Positions 12,559 to 24,400 of a DNA stretch of 64,000 nucleotides are shown piece after piece. The notes below the pieces were generated by a model, which was not told the DNA's origin, did no database searches, and saw only the letters and a list, made by a program, of their open reading frames with translations. This DNA comes from Macrostomum lignano (taxonomy: Eukaryota). The stretch's first letter is position 1, and the number at the start of each line of letters is the position of its first letter. Position numbers and translations under genes: made by a program. The stretch lies in contig NIVC01000421.1 of assembly GCA_002269645.1 (NCBI GenBank), positions 552,227-616,226 of the forward strand, in the 5' to 3' direction.

Positions 12559-12968
12559 CTGTTAACCGACACTCCTCGACGGCGAATTTGGTCTGCCTCC
12601 ACTCGAGCTCTTCGCTGAGCTTCAGTTTCCGTGGCCCTACGCTCACTTGTGCGCCGCCGAGCTGCAGTTAGGCGCTCTTCTCGCTGAGCGTCGGTCTCCA
12701 CGGCACTCCGCTTAGCCTTTTGCTGTCGGAGTCCAGCCAGGCGCTCTTCGCGCTGAGCGTCGGTCTCCCTGGCCCTTCGCTCAGTCTCCTGCTGCCGGTG
12801 TGCAGCCAGGCGCTCTTCGCGCTGAGCGTCGGTCTCCCTGGCCCTTCGCTCAGTCTCCTGCTGCCGGTGTGCAGCCAGGCGCTCCTCTCGTTGAACAGCG
12901 GTCTCTTGCTGACGTTTCTTTTTGGCATCTCTGCTCTTTTTCAAAGCGCTGGTGCCACGTCGAGCCAT
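12559..12968 (-). CDS. Helitron exon 1: Arg/Glu-rich ET..QREERL repeat region
   Basis: ATG at 12968; repeated ETDAQREERL motifs typical of Helitron RepHel N-termini; donor ag|gtgag at 12559/12558 splices in frame to the OTU exon. Confidence 0.75.
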
Positions 12969-13426
12969 TTTAGAATTTGGATCGAAAAATATGATAGGAA
13001 TTGAATTGAAAAATAAGATAGGGAGAATTAGAATGAAAAAGTAAAGATAGTCTGAGTGAGGGGTTGTGTGATAATTGACAAAGATAAGAAACCAATCATG
13101 ACAAACATTTTAAACTCAGCGCACCACCCCCACCCCAAAAAGCTGTACACTATTCAGTGTTAATAAATGTACCCTAAACGTAAATTCTCTCCAGCGCCCG
13201 CTGCTAATTGGTCAAGCTGCCCTTTAAAGCCAAAATTCTCCTTACAAAACTGCTAATAAAATGGTCAAAGTCAACAAGCAGCGATGAACAAATAGATGTG
13301 CAAATACTCGTGCACATTTTACACTCCTCTTTTTTACCACAAAGTTGTTAGCAATGCTGCATTGAAAACTTTCAATAAAAATCGCTTATATATATGAAAG
13401 TCGCTCTCTGCTATGCAGTCTTGGTC

Positions 13427-14586
13427 TTGGTAATCCTTGGATTATTAAGAGCAATAATCCTTGGATTATTAAGAGCAATAATCCTTGGCTTATCGAGTGC
13501 AGTAATCCTTGGTTTATTAATAGCAATAATACTTGGCTTATTGAGTGCAGTAATCCTTGGTTTATTAATAGCAATAATCCTTGATTAATCAAGTGCATTA
13601 ATCCTTGGTTTATTGATAGCAATAATCCTTGGCTTATTGAGTGCAGTAATCCTTGGTTTATTAATAGCAATAATCCTTGATTAATCAAGTGCATTAATCC
13701 TTGGTTTATTAATAGCAATAATCCTTGGCTTATTGAGTGCAGTAATCCTTGGTTTGTTAATAGCAATAATCCTTGATTAATCAAGTGCATTAATCCTTGG
13801 TTTATTAATAGCAATAATCCTTGATTAATCAAGTGCATTAATCCTTGGTTTATTAATAGCAATAATCCTTGGCTTATTGAATGCAGTAATCCTTGGTTTG
13901 CTAAGAGCAATAGTCCTTGGTTTATTGAGTGCAGTAATCCTTGGTTTATTAATAGCAATAATCCTTGGCTTATCGAGTGCAGTAATCCTTGGTTTATTAA
14001 TAGCAATAATCCATGGCTTATCGAGTGCAGTAATCCTTGGTTTGCCAAGAGCAATAGTCCTTGGCTTATCGAGTGCAGTAATCCTTGGTTTGCCAAGTGC
14101 ATAATCCTTGGTTTATTAATAGCAATAATCCTTGGTTTATCGAGTGCAGTAATCCTTGGTTTATTAATAGCAATAATCCTTGGCTTATCGAGTGCAGTAA
14201 TCCTTGGTTTATTAATAGCAATAATCCATGGCTTATCGAGTGCAGTAATCCTTGGTTTGCCAAGAGCAATAGTCCTTGGCTTATCGAGTGCAGTAATCCT
14301 TGGTTTGCCAAGAGCAATAGTCCTTGGTTTATTGAGTGCAGTAATCCTTGGTTTGCCAAGAGCAATAGTCCTTGGCTTATCGAGTGCAGTAATCCTTGGT
14401 TTGCCAAGAGCAATAGTCCTTGGTTTATTGAGTGCAGTAATCCTTGGTTTATTAATAGCAATAGTCCTTGGTTTATTGAGTGCAGTAATCCTTGGTTTAT
14501 TAATAGCAATAATCCTTGGCTTATCGAGTGCAGTATTCCTTGGTTTGCCAAGAGCAATAATCCTTAGCTTATCGAGTGCAGTAATC
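13427..14586. repeat. 24-bp minisatellite organised as 48-bp dimers
   Basis: Alternating gcagtaatccttggtttattaata / gcaataatccttggcttatcgagt subunits. The long ORFs here are translation artefacts. Confidence 0.95.
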
Positions 14587-14656
14587 TAAGTGTTTTTATT
14601 TAGTCCTTTAATAAAAGCTTTTAATAAAAAATTTTACACTACTACTTTTAAACTAC

Positions 14657-14720
14657 TTAGATTCGAACCCAGGTTGCTGCATTAGCAGTCTGGTCTGCTC
14701 AGCTCTAGGCTAGCTCTCAT
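14657..14720 (-). other. tRNA-derived fragment (possible SINE head or tRNA pseudogene)
   Basis: Minus strand reads tagcctagagctgagc (A-box-like), agactgctaat (resembles a Ser-GCT anticodon loop) and gggttcgaatc (B-box/T-loop). No complete acceptor stem is visible. Confidence 0.35.
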
Positions 14721-15402
14721 CGAAGTTATCAGTGAATTTGTACCACTTATATAATTCAACACTCACACCAAGTCAGGTAGAGTAAAAAGTCACGCGAAGC
14801 AGTTATGACATAATCAATTTCTTAGGCAAGTCAGTACCAGTGTCTATGAAAGCTAACAATATGGTTACGTAATATAAATTCAGTACTGCACTATACTTTC
14901 ACACTCAAAGCTGTGACGCAATTCAATTGAGTGTCAAATTCAGCCAGTACACAGACGATAAATAAAGTGTATTGTGATGCAATCTATTTCAGAATCAGAA
15001 TTCAACCAGTCAGTTTTTTCTCTAGCATTTTTACAGTGCGTTTCAAGTCGAAATAGCTGCTTGACCTTTGCAAAAAAGCATGTTTTTCGAATATTTAATC
15101 CCTTTAGCATCGAGCAATTTCTTAGCCACGATGCATGTACCGTCACGGAAAAATTTCTGATCGAATGGTGCAAGTTTGAACAAAATCGGTTGAGCCATTT
15201 TTGCTAAAATCGATCACACACACATATACCGACAGACCATTTTTAGTATATGGATAGTATATTGTGATATGTTGTTATTGATCTTAATATGCATGATAAT
15301 TTAGTTGTTAAAATCATATAGGCCTTATTTAATATTTAACCTGAATTTTTCACATAATTAAATATTCAAATTTATAGAATCTGCTCAACTTCTAAAAATA
15401 CC

Positions 15403-18400
15403 ATGGAGACTAAAGAAATCACAGATGTGGTATGTTCATTTCTCAATCATTTTTTCATTCACAAAAAAAGAATCAAAAGATATTTTAAAAAATCTATTAT
15501 TGATATTTTAGAATCCTGCCAAGGTTGTAATCAATGAGACTGCTTCTCAAAAGGAAGAAATTGATTCTATTTCTAAGGAATCTGATTTGATTAATCAATT
15601 GTCTGAAGCTGCTGTTGAGATTAATCTATGTGAAGCACTAGCTGGAGGCCCTGATGATGCTGAAGATGATATTGAAGAACATGAAGCTGTTCTTGCTGCT
15701 GTTGAGACTGAGTCAGCCAGCTATGATGAAGAACCAGTCAAACATGAATCTGGCATACCTGCTGAAAGTGATTCTTTAAAGGGATCTATAATTTCTATCT
15801 TGCATATAGAAGATAGAAAATTTATTATAAAATTTGCATACTCAAGATTAAAAGTCTTTTTTTTCTAATCTAATTTTTAGGATGTGAAACCCAAGCTATG
15901 TTTTATTTGTCAAACAGCTGTGGCTTCTTTGTTCTGCGAAAGCTGCAGTTCAGGTGAGCACCTTGGGTTTTTTAACAAATCCGCATTAAAGAATAGCCTA
16001 ACATTTATAGAATTTACATTAAAGTTAGTAAACGATAATTTCACAAAATGAATTTCAGAACACATTTCGACCAATTTATGCCTGCACTGCTTTATTAAGT
16101 ATCACAAAGGTGACATTAAGCATGGAGCTCGTGTGCTTTCAGCCGATGTAAGCAATTTATTGAATTATTGGTTATTTGTTCTAAATATTACTAATATCCT
16201 GTTAATAATGCTTCCCTACTAAATTATGTTTTAATCTAGGAAATAATTAAAAATCTACAAGCTGAGATCAACGCTTTGGAGATGCCCTACTCGCTTAGAG
16301 ACTATGACAGTCTCATTAACAATAAAGTGTTTAAAAACAGGTATTTTGTCACTGTTACTTGTTACGCTAAATTGATTATTCAATAGGCTACATGTCCTTC
16401 ATTAGGCTACATCTTCACTTCATTAGGCTACATTTATCCTTCATTAGGCTACATCTATCTTTCATTAGGCTACATTTACCCTTCATTAGGCTACATCTAT
16501 CCTTCATTAGGCTACATTTACCCTTCATTAGGCTATATCTATCCTTCATTAGGCTACATCTACCCTTCATTAAGCTACCCAATCCTTCATTAGGCTACAT
16601 CTATCCTTCATTAGGCTACCCAATCCTTCATTAGGCTACCCAATCCTTCATTAAGCTACCCAATCCTTCATTAAGCTACCCAATCCTTCATTAAGCTACC
16701 CAATCCTTCATTAAGCTACCCAATCCTTCATTAGGCTACACCTATCCTTCATTAGGCTACCCAATCCTTCATTAAGCTACCCAATCCTTCATTAGGCTAC
16801 CAAATCCTTCATTAGGCTACACCTATCCTTCATTAGGCTACACCTATCATTCATTAGCCTACACCTATCCTTCATTAGGCTAGATCTGTACTTCGTTCTA
16901 CTCAATGCTTCATTAGGCATACATCTATTCTTCAGAAGGAACCTTCCTCCCACCCCCTAACGCTCCCCCTCAGTTACCTGGCTCTGCTCACCGAGTGCAA
17001 GGGCGTCACGGCTGAGTTGATAGGCCGAGCCCAGCGCTTCATAAACGCATTGCAAGAGCGCGACTCCGTAGAGTGCAGAGAATTGCGTAACGCTTGGCGA
17101 GAAAAAGAGGACCGATTGAAATTCGCTCGCAGTGTGCAGCAAGCCAACTGTGCCAAGGTTCAGCAGTACCAGTGCCGGCTGGCTGCGGCTATCACCCGGC
17201 TAGAGAAGCTGAGAGACGGCGGCGGTCAGGGTGACGGCGAGGCTGCCGAACTCACTGATGACGGCGACTGTAGTGGTTTGCTGGAACAGCTGACCAATAT
17301 TTATCAAGTAAGCTGGCTTCCTGCGGGGTTGGGATCTGATTCCCCGTAGTTGGGATCTGATTCTCCATAGCTAGGATCTGATTCCCCATAGTTGGGATCT
17401 GATTCCCCATAGCTAGGATCTGATTCCCCATAGTTGGGATCTGATTCCCCATAGCTAGGATCTGATTCCCCATAGTTGGGATCTGATTCCCCATAGCTAG
17501 GATCTGATTCCCCATAGCTAGGATCTGATTCCCCGTAGCTAGGATCTGATTCCCCGTAGCTAGGATCTGATTCCCCGTAGCTACGATCTGATTCCCCACA
17601 GTTGGGATCTGATTCCCCACAGTAGGGATCTGATTCCCCACAGTTGGAAACTAATTCCCCACAGTAGGGATCTGATTCCCCACAGTTGGAAACTAATTCC
17701 CCACAGTAGGGATCTAATTTACCATACTTAGGATTTAATTCAAACAGTTCGCACAAAAATCCGCTGCAACCCTCAGTCCAAGCCGCAGCCGCAGCAGCAG
17801 CCAGTTCTGTCCCCAGACGAGCCGCTGCTTCTCATACAGTTTGCCGCTCCCAGCAACCTAGCGGATCTGCTGGACCGATTCTCCTCAGTTTGCAGCGAAA
17901 TCGAGCGAGTATTCAGCGTCCCCTATACTCGCCATCCGGTCAGCTCCGGTACCCTGGTGAGCCGTGGCTCCTCTCTGCTAACCGGATTGCCAACCTCCGT
18001 GTCACCGGGCGACACTCTCACCTATCGATTGATTGACAGTCGCGTATTGGGCTACGGTCTGTTCGGCGCCGCTCTGGATCATCCTCATCGGTCCTGCCTG
18101 TTGCGGGCTATGGCTACTGATGTCTCGCTTAAATTAGCTAGCGGCCAATTGAATCTATCCAATCAATTATTGTCTGGCTATGTACCGAAGATTGGCGACC
18201 AAGTGTTGGCTAGGTGCGAGGGCTTCTGGCGTCGCGGTCGGGTGGCTTATTCCCACGATTCGGGCTTTTCATCTGCTAATAGCGGCCTTACCTATTGGGG
18301 AGTGCAGCTAACTGATATGGCTCGGATTGAGAAGGTTGCGTCCAATGATATCATCGATGTTAGCAGGTTAGTTTTCTTTTTTAGCCCGTGTTTTAACTAC

Positions 18401-21400
18401 CTAGAACGTTCAGATCCTTCAGGTTTCAGCTGATGCTTAAGGTTGAGCTCAGATCCTTCAGGTTCAGCTCAGATCCTTCAGGTTCAGCTCAGATCCTTCA
18501 CGTTCAGCTCAGATCCTTCAGGTTCAGCTCAGATCCTTCAGGTTCAGCTCAGATCCTTCAGGTTCAGCTCAGATCCTTCAGGTTCAGCTTCGATGCTTCA
18601 GGTTCAGCTCAGATCCTTCGGGTTCAGCTCAGATCCTTCAAGTTGACCTCAGATCCTTCAGGTTCATTTCAGATCCTTCAAATTCAGCTCCAATGCTTCA
18701 GGTTAAGCTCCAATGCTTCAGGTTCAGTTCCAATGCTTCAGGATCAGCTCCAATGCTTCAGGCTCAGCTCCAATGCTTCAGGCTCAGCTCCAATGCTTCA
18801 TGTTCAGCTCCAATGCTTCATGTTCAGCTCCAATGCTTCATGTTCAGCTCCAATGCTTCATGTTCAGCTCCAATGCTTCATGTTCAGCTCCAATGCTTCA
18901 TGTTCAGCTCCAATGCTTCAGGATCAGCTCCATTGCTTCAGGCTAAGCTCCAATGCTTCATGTTGAGCCAAGATCCTTCACGTTCAGCTCAGATCCTTCA
19001 GGTTCAGCTCAGATCCTTCAGGTTCAGCTCAGATCCTTCAGGTTCAGCTCAGATCCTTCACGTTCAGCTCAGATCCTTCAAGTTGAGCTCAGATTCTTCA
19101 GGTTCATTTCAGATCCTTCAGGTTGAGCTCCATTCAGTGCTTCAGGTTGAGCTCCAATGCTTCATGTTCAGCTCCAATGCTTTATGTTCAGCTCCAATGC
19201 TTCAGGTTCAGCTCCAATGCTTCATGTTCAGCTCCAATGCTTCATGTTCAGCTCCAATGCTTCATGTTCAGCTCCAATGCTTCATGTTGAGCTCCAATGC
19301 TTTAGGATCAGCTCCAATGCTTTAGGATCAGCTCCAATGCTTCAGGTTCAGCTCCAATGCTTCAGGCTAAGCTCCAATGCTTCATGTTGAGCCAAGATCC
19401 TTCACGTTGAGCTCAGATCCTTCAGGTTCAGCTCAGATCCTTCAGGTTCAGCTCAGATCCTTCACGTTCAGCTCAGATCCTTCAGGTTCAGCTCAGATCC
19501 TTCAGGTTCAGCTCAGATCCTTCAGGTTCAGCTTCGATGCTTCAGGTTCAGCTCAGATCCTTCGGGTTCAGCTCAGATCCTTCAAGTTGACCTCAGATCC
19601 TTCAGGTTCATTTCAGATCCTTCAAATTCAGCTCCAATGCTTCAGGTTAAGCTCCAATGCTTCAGGTTCAGTTCCAATGCTTCAGGATCAGCTCCAATGC
19701 TTCAGGCTCAGCTCCAATGCTTCATGTTCAGCTCCAATGCTTCATGTTCAGCTCCAATGCTTCATGTTCAGCTCCAATGCTTCATGTTCAGCTCCAATGC
19801 TTCATGTTCAGCTCCAATGCTTCAGGATCAGCTCCATTGCTTCAGGCTAAGCTCCAATGCTTCATGTTGAGCCAAGATCCTTCACGTTCAGCTCAGATCC
19901 TTCAGGTTCAGCTCAGATCCTTCATGTTCAGCTCCAATGCTTCATGTTCAGCTCCAATGCTTCAGGTTCAGCTCCAATGCTTCATGTTCAGCTCCAATGC
20001 TTCATGTTCAGCTCCAATGCTTCATGTTCAGCTCCAATGCTTCATGTTGAGCTCCAATGCTTTAGGATCAGCTCCAATGCTTTAGGATCAGCTCCAATGC
20101 TTCAGGTTCAGCTCCAATGCTTCAGGCTAAGCTCCAATGCTTCATGTTGAGCCAAGATCCTTCACGTTGAGCTCAGATCCTTCAGGTTCAGCTCAGATCC
20201 TTCACGTTCAGCTCAGATCCTTCAGGTTCAGCTCAGATCCTTCAGGTTCAGCTCAGATCCTTCAGGTTCAGCTTCGATGCTTCAGGTTCAGCTCAGATCC
20301 TTCGGGTTCAGCTCAGATCCTTCAAGTTGACCTCAGATCCTTCAGGTTCATTTCAGATCCTTCAAATTCAGCTCCAATGCTTCAGGTTAAGCTCCAATGC
20401 TTCAGGTTCAGTTCCAATGCTTCAGGATCAGCTCCAATGCTTCAGGCTCAGCTCCAATGCTTCAGGCTCAGCTCCAATGCTTCATGTTCAGCTCCAATGC
20501 TTCATGTTCAGCTCCAATGCTTCATGTTCAGCTCCAATGCTTCATGTTCAGCTCCAATGCTTCATGTTCAGCTCCAATGCTTCAGGATCAGCTCCATTGC
20601 TTCAGGCTAAGCTCCAATGCTTCATGTTGAGCCAAGATCCTTCACGTTCAGCTCAGATCCTTCAGGTTCAGCTCAGATCCTTCAGGTTCAGCTCAGATCC
20701 TTCAGGATCAGCTCCAATGCTTCATGTTCAGCTCCAATGCTTCATGTTCAGCTCCAATGCTTCATGTTGAGCTAAGATCCTTCACGTTCAGCTCAGATCC
20801 TTCAGGTTCAGCACCATCCAGTGCTTCAGGTTGAGCTCCAATGCTTCAGGTTGAGCTCCAATGCTTCAGGTTGAGCTAAGATCCTTCACGTTCAGCTCAG
20901 ATCCTTCACGTTCAGCTCAGATCCTTCAAGTTGAGCTCAGATTCTTCAGGTTCATTTCAGATCCTTCAGGTTGAGCTCCATTCAGTGCTTCAGGTTGAGC
21001 TCCAATGCTTCATGTTCAGCTCCAATGCTTCAGGTTCAGCTCCAATGCTTCATGTTCAGCTCCAATGCTTCATGTTCAGCTCCAATGCTTCATGTTGAGC
21101 TCCAATGCTTCATGTTCAGCTCCAATGCTTCATGTTCAGCTCCAATGCTTCATGTTGAGCTCCAATGCTTCAGGATCAGCTCCAATGCTTCAGATTCAGC
21201 TCCAATGCTTCATGTCCAGTTCCAATGCTTCAGGATCAGCTCCAATGCTTTAGGTTCAGCTCCAATGCTTCAGGTTCAGCTCCAATACTTTAGGATCAGC
21301 TCCAATGCTTTAGGATCAGCTCCAATGCTTCAGGATCAGCTCCAATGCTTCATGTTCAGCTCCAATGCTTCAGGTTCAGCTCCAATGCTTCATGTCCAGT

Positions 21401-24400
21401 TCCAATGCTTCAGGATCAGCTCCAATGCTTCATGTTCAGCTCCAATGCTTCAGGATCAGCTCCAATGCTTCATGTTCAGCTCCAATGCTTCAGGATCAGC
21501 TCCAATGCTTCATGTTCAGCTCCAATGCTTCAGGATCAGCTCCAATGCTTCAGGTTGAGCTCCAATGCTTCAGGATCAGCTCCAATGCTTCAGGATCAGC
21601 TCCAATGCTTCAGGTTGAGCTCCAATACTTCAGGTTCAGCTCTAATGCTTCCGCTTTAGCTCTGGTGTCTTATTATTGATATGCCATTTAGTACTTAAAC
21701 CACTTATAACAAAATCTGTTAAGTTATTAACACAAGCCCTCATTAACCTGAAATCCCCGTAGCACCCCAAACGGTTACGGCCGTTTCCCGGACATTCCTC
21801 AGCTGGCTATTCTCGCCTGCCTAGTTGAACCGTGCGAAAAGAGCCCGTTCGAGGACAGGGCTTGGCTGGCCCGCTGGCTGGCTGATCGCGGCGTCGACTT
21901 GCCCAACTGCGGCGGTGCAACGGCCGTCAAGCAGGACGACTTTGATGACGCTGCCAAGGGGCCGCCGGTTAGGATTCGGATCGTACGACAGATTGAATTC
22001 CGCCAGAAGTTGGCGCACCTGGTGCAGCTGTGGCCCTGCGGCACGGACGAGAGCGACAAGGATAAGGTTTGTGCGGTTTATTTAGCGACATCTTCGACAT
22101 CATTCATCGACTCATTTACCGACATATTCATCGACTCATTTTATCGACATATTCATCGACTCATTTACCGACATATTCATCGACTCATTTACCGACATAT
22201 TCAATCATCGACTCATTTACCGACATATTCATCGACTCATTTACCGACATATTCATCGACTCGTTTACCGACATATTCATCGACTCATTTATCGACATAT
22301 TCTTCGACTCATTTACCGACAGATTCATCGACTCTTTACCGACATATTCATCAACTCATTTATCGACATATTCTTCGACTCATTTATCGACATATTCTTC
22401 GACTCATTTACCGACATATTCATCAACTCATTTACCGACAGATTCATCGACTCATTTACCGACATATTCATCGACTCATTTACCGACATATTCATCGACT
22501 CATTTACCGACATATTCATCGACACATTTACCGACATATTCATCGACTCATTTACCGACATATTCATTGACTCATTTACCGACATATTCATCGACTCATT
22601 TACCGACATATTCATCGACACATTCACCGACAGATTCATCTACTCATTTTATCGACATATTCATCGATTCATTTGTCGACATATTCAACAACGTCGACTA
22701 ATTTTATCGACATATTCGACCTACTCGTAGATATAAATTGACTAAAGTATTAATCGATATGTATATATGGATTTTCAGCATTATATTAAGCGACAATTTG
22801 ATGGATAAGTAAATCAAGCAAACTCAAAACAATCCTCCAGATCCAAGCCTGCTCAATCGACTTTGCAAACGAGTTGGAGCGTCAAAAGGAGGCTCAGGCA
22901 GCCGCGTCTCAGTCTGTCTGCCGCGACATCCGACTTGGCACGGATCCCACTGTCAGCTGCTCCAGGGCCATGTTCAATGCCCCAGCTGGTGAGTGTGTCC
23001 AGAGAGAGGGGCCCTCTAGGAGTGTATTGTGTCAGACTAGACAAGTGTTTTGCATTGACATTGACGCACAACCGGTGAGAGGCATTACTGCCCATTCGGC
23101 CGACTCCCCATAAGCAGGCACACGTACACAGTCATACGCACAGACACACACAAGAGTGTACAGCCCTAACTTTATTTATCGTTAGGCATGTACACTTCAC
23201 TGTGCCTTGGGGGTTGGTCAAGCCGAAAGTTCAATTTAGCCCCAAATTAATGTGCCAGACCACTTTGCTACGGCCCACCCAGTCCTGCAAGTGATGTCTT
23301 TTGTAATTAGATCCGCCCTTAATTATTCCGTGAGAGTCTTCTCTATGATTTTAAAAAATCGCTAAATATCTGAAATAAATCGCCAAAAATCGTCCCTGGG
23401 AATAAATCGCCAATAATCACCCCTGGAAAAAAATGGCCCAAAATCACCCCTGGAAAATATGGCCAAAAATCGTCCCTGGGAATAAATCGCCAATAATCAC
23501 CCGGTCACCCCTGGGAATAAATCACAAATAATCACCCCTGGGAATAAATCGCCAATAATCGCCCTTGGGAATAAATCGCAAATAACCACCTTTGGGAATA
23601 AATCGCCAATAATCGCCCTTGGGAATAAATCGCAAATAATCACCCCTGGGAATTAATCGCCAATAATCGCCCTTGGGAATAAATCGCAAATAACCACCCT
23701 TGGGAATAAATCGCCAATAATCGCCCTTGGGAATAAATCGCAAATAATCACCCCTGGGAATTAATCGCCAATAATCGCCCTTGGGAATAAATCGCAAATA
23801 ATCGCCCTTGGGAATAAATCGCCAGTAATCACCCCTGGGAATAAATCGCCAATAATAACCCCTGGGAATAAATCGCAAATAATCACCCCTGGGAATAAAT
23901 CGCAAATAATCACCCCTGGGAATAAATCGCCCAAAATCACCCCTGGGAATAAATCGCCAATAATCACCCCTGGGAATAAATCACAAATAATCGCCCTTGA
24001 GAATAAATCGCAAATAATCGCCCTTGGGAATAAATCGCCAATAATCACCCTTGGGAATAAATCGCAAATAATCACCCCAGGGAATAAATCGCCAACAATC
24101 GCCCTCCAGAGGATCAACAGGCCATTGATTTCCGTCGCGAGCCAACGCAGATGGAGTCATCCAACCAGCAGCAGCAGCAGCAGCAGACTGAAGACAATCA
24201 GGCGGACAATGACGATGCCCCGCCCAGTACGGGAGGCTCCTGTCCGCCTGCCACTGCAGCTGTCCCCCAGCAGCAGTCTGCTGACCAGTTTCCGCCCTCT
24301 GCTCCAACTGTGGAGAACTGGGGAAAATGTTCAAGCACCGAACCTGAGGTGCAGCAGCAACAGCCGATTGTAGTCCAGGAGCCTACTAGACGATGTATTA

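Larger units (their letters stand above)
4800..12968 (-). mobile_element. Helitron Rep/helicase (RepHel) gene, 9 exons, with OTU domain; this copy is disrupted
   Basis: Exons inferred from splice sites that keep the frame: 12968-12559, 10635-10075, 9945-9361, 9239-8470, 8325-7983, 7895-7586, 7489-6201 (with an insertion at 6479-6724 and a 1-bp frameshift at ~6271-6278), 6124-5728, 5564-4800. The spliced product has HUH Rep motifs followed by PIF1 helicase motifs. Confidence 0.93.

Noticed and set aside
13386-14589. Long ORFs of 110-238 aa
   Set aside because: They are stop-free translations of a 24/48-bp repeat. The same applies to ORFs at 18433-21679, 22069-22701, 23522-24117, 24568-25427, 26481-27430, 30750-31110, 32825-33591, 36407-36876 and 50797-51288.
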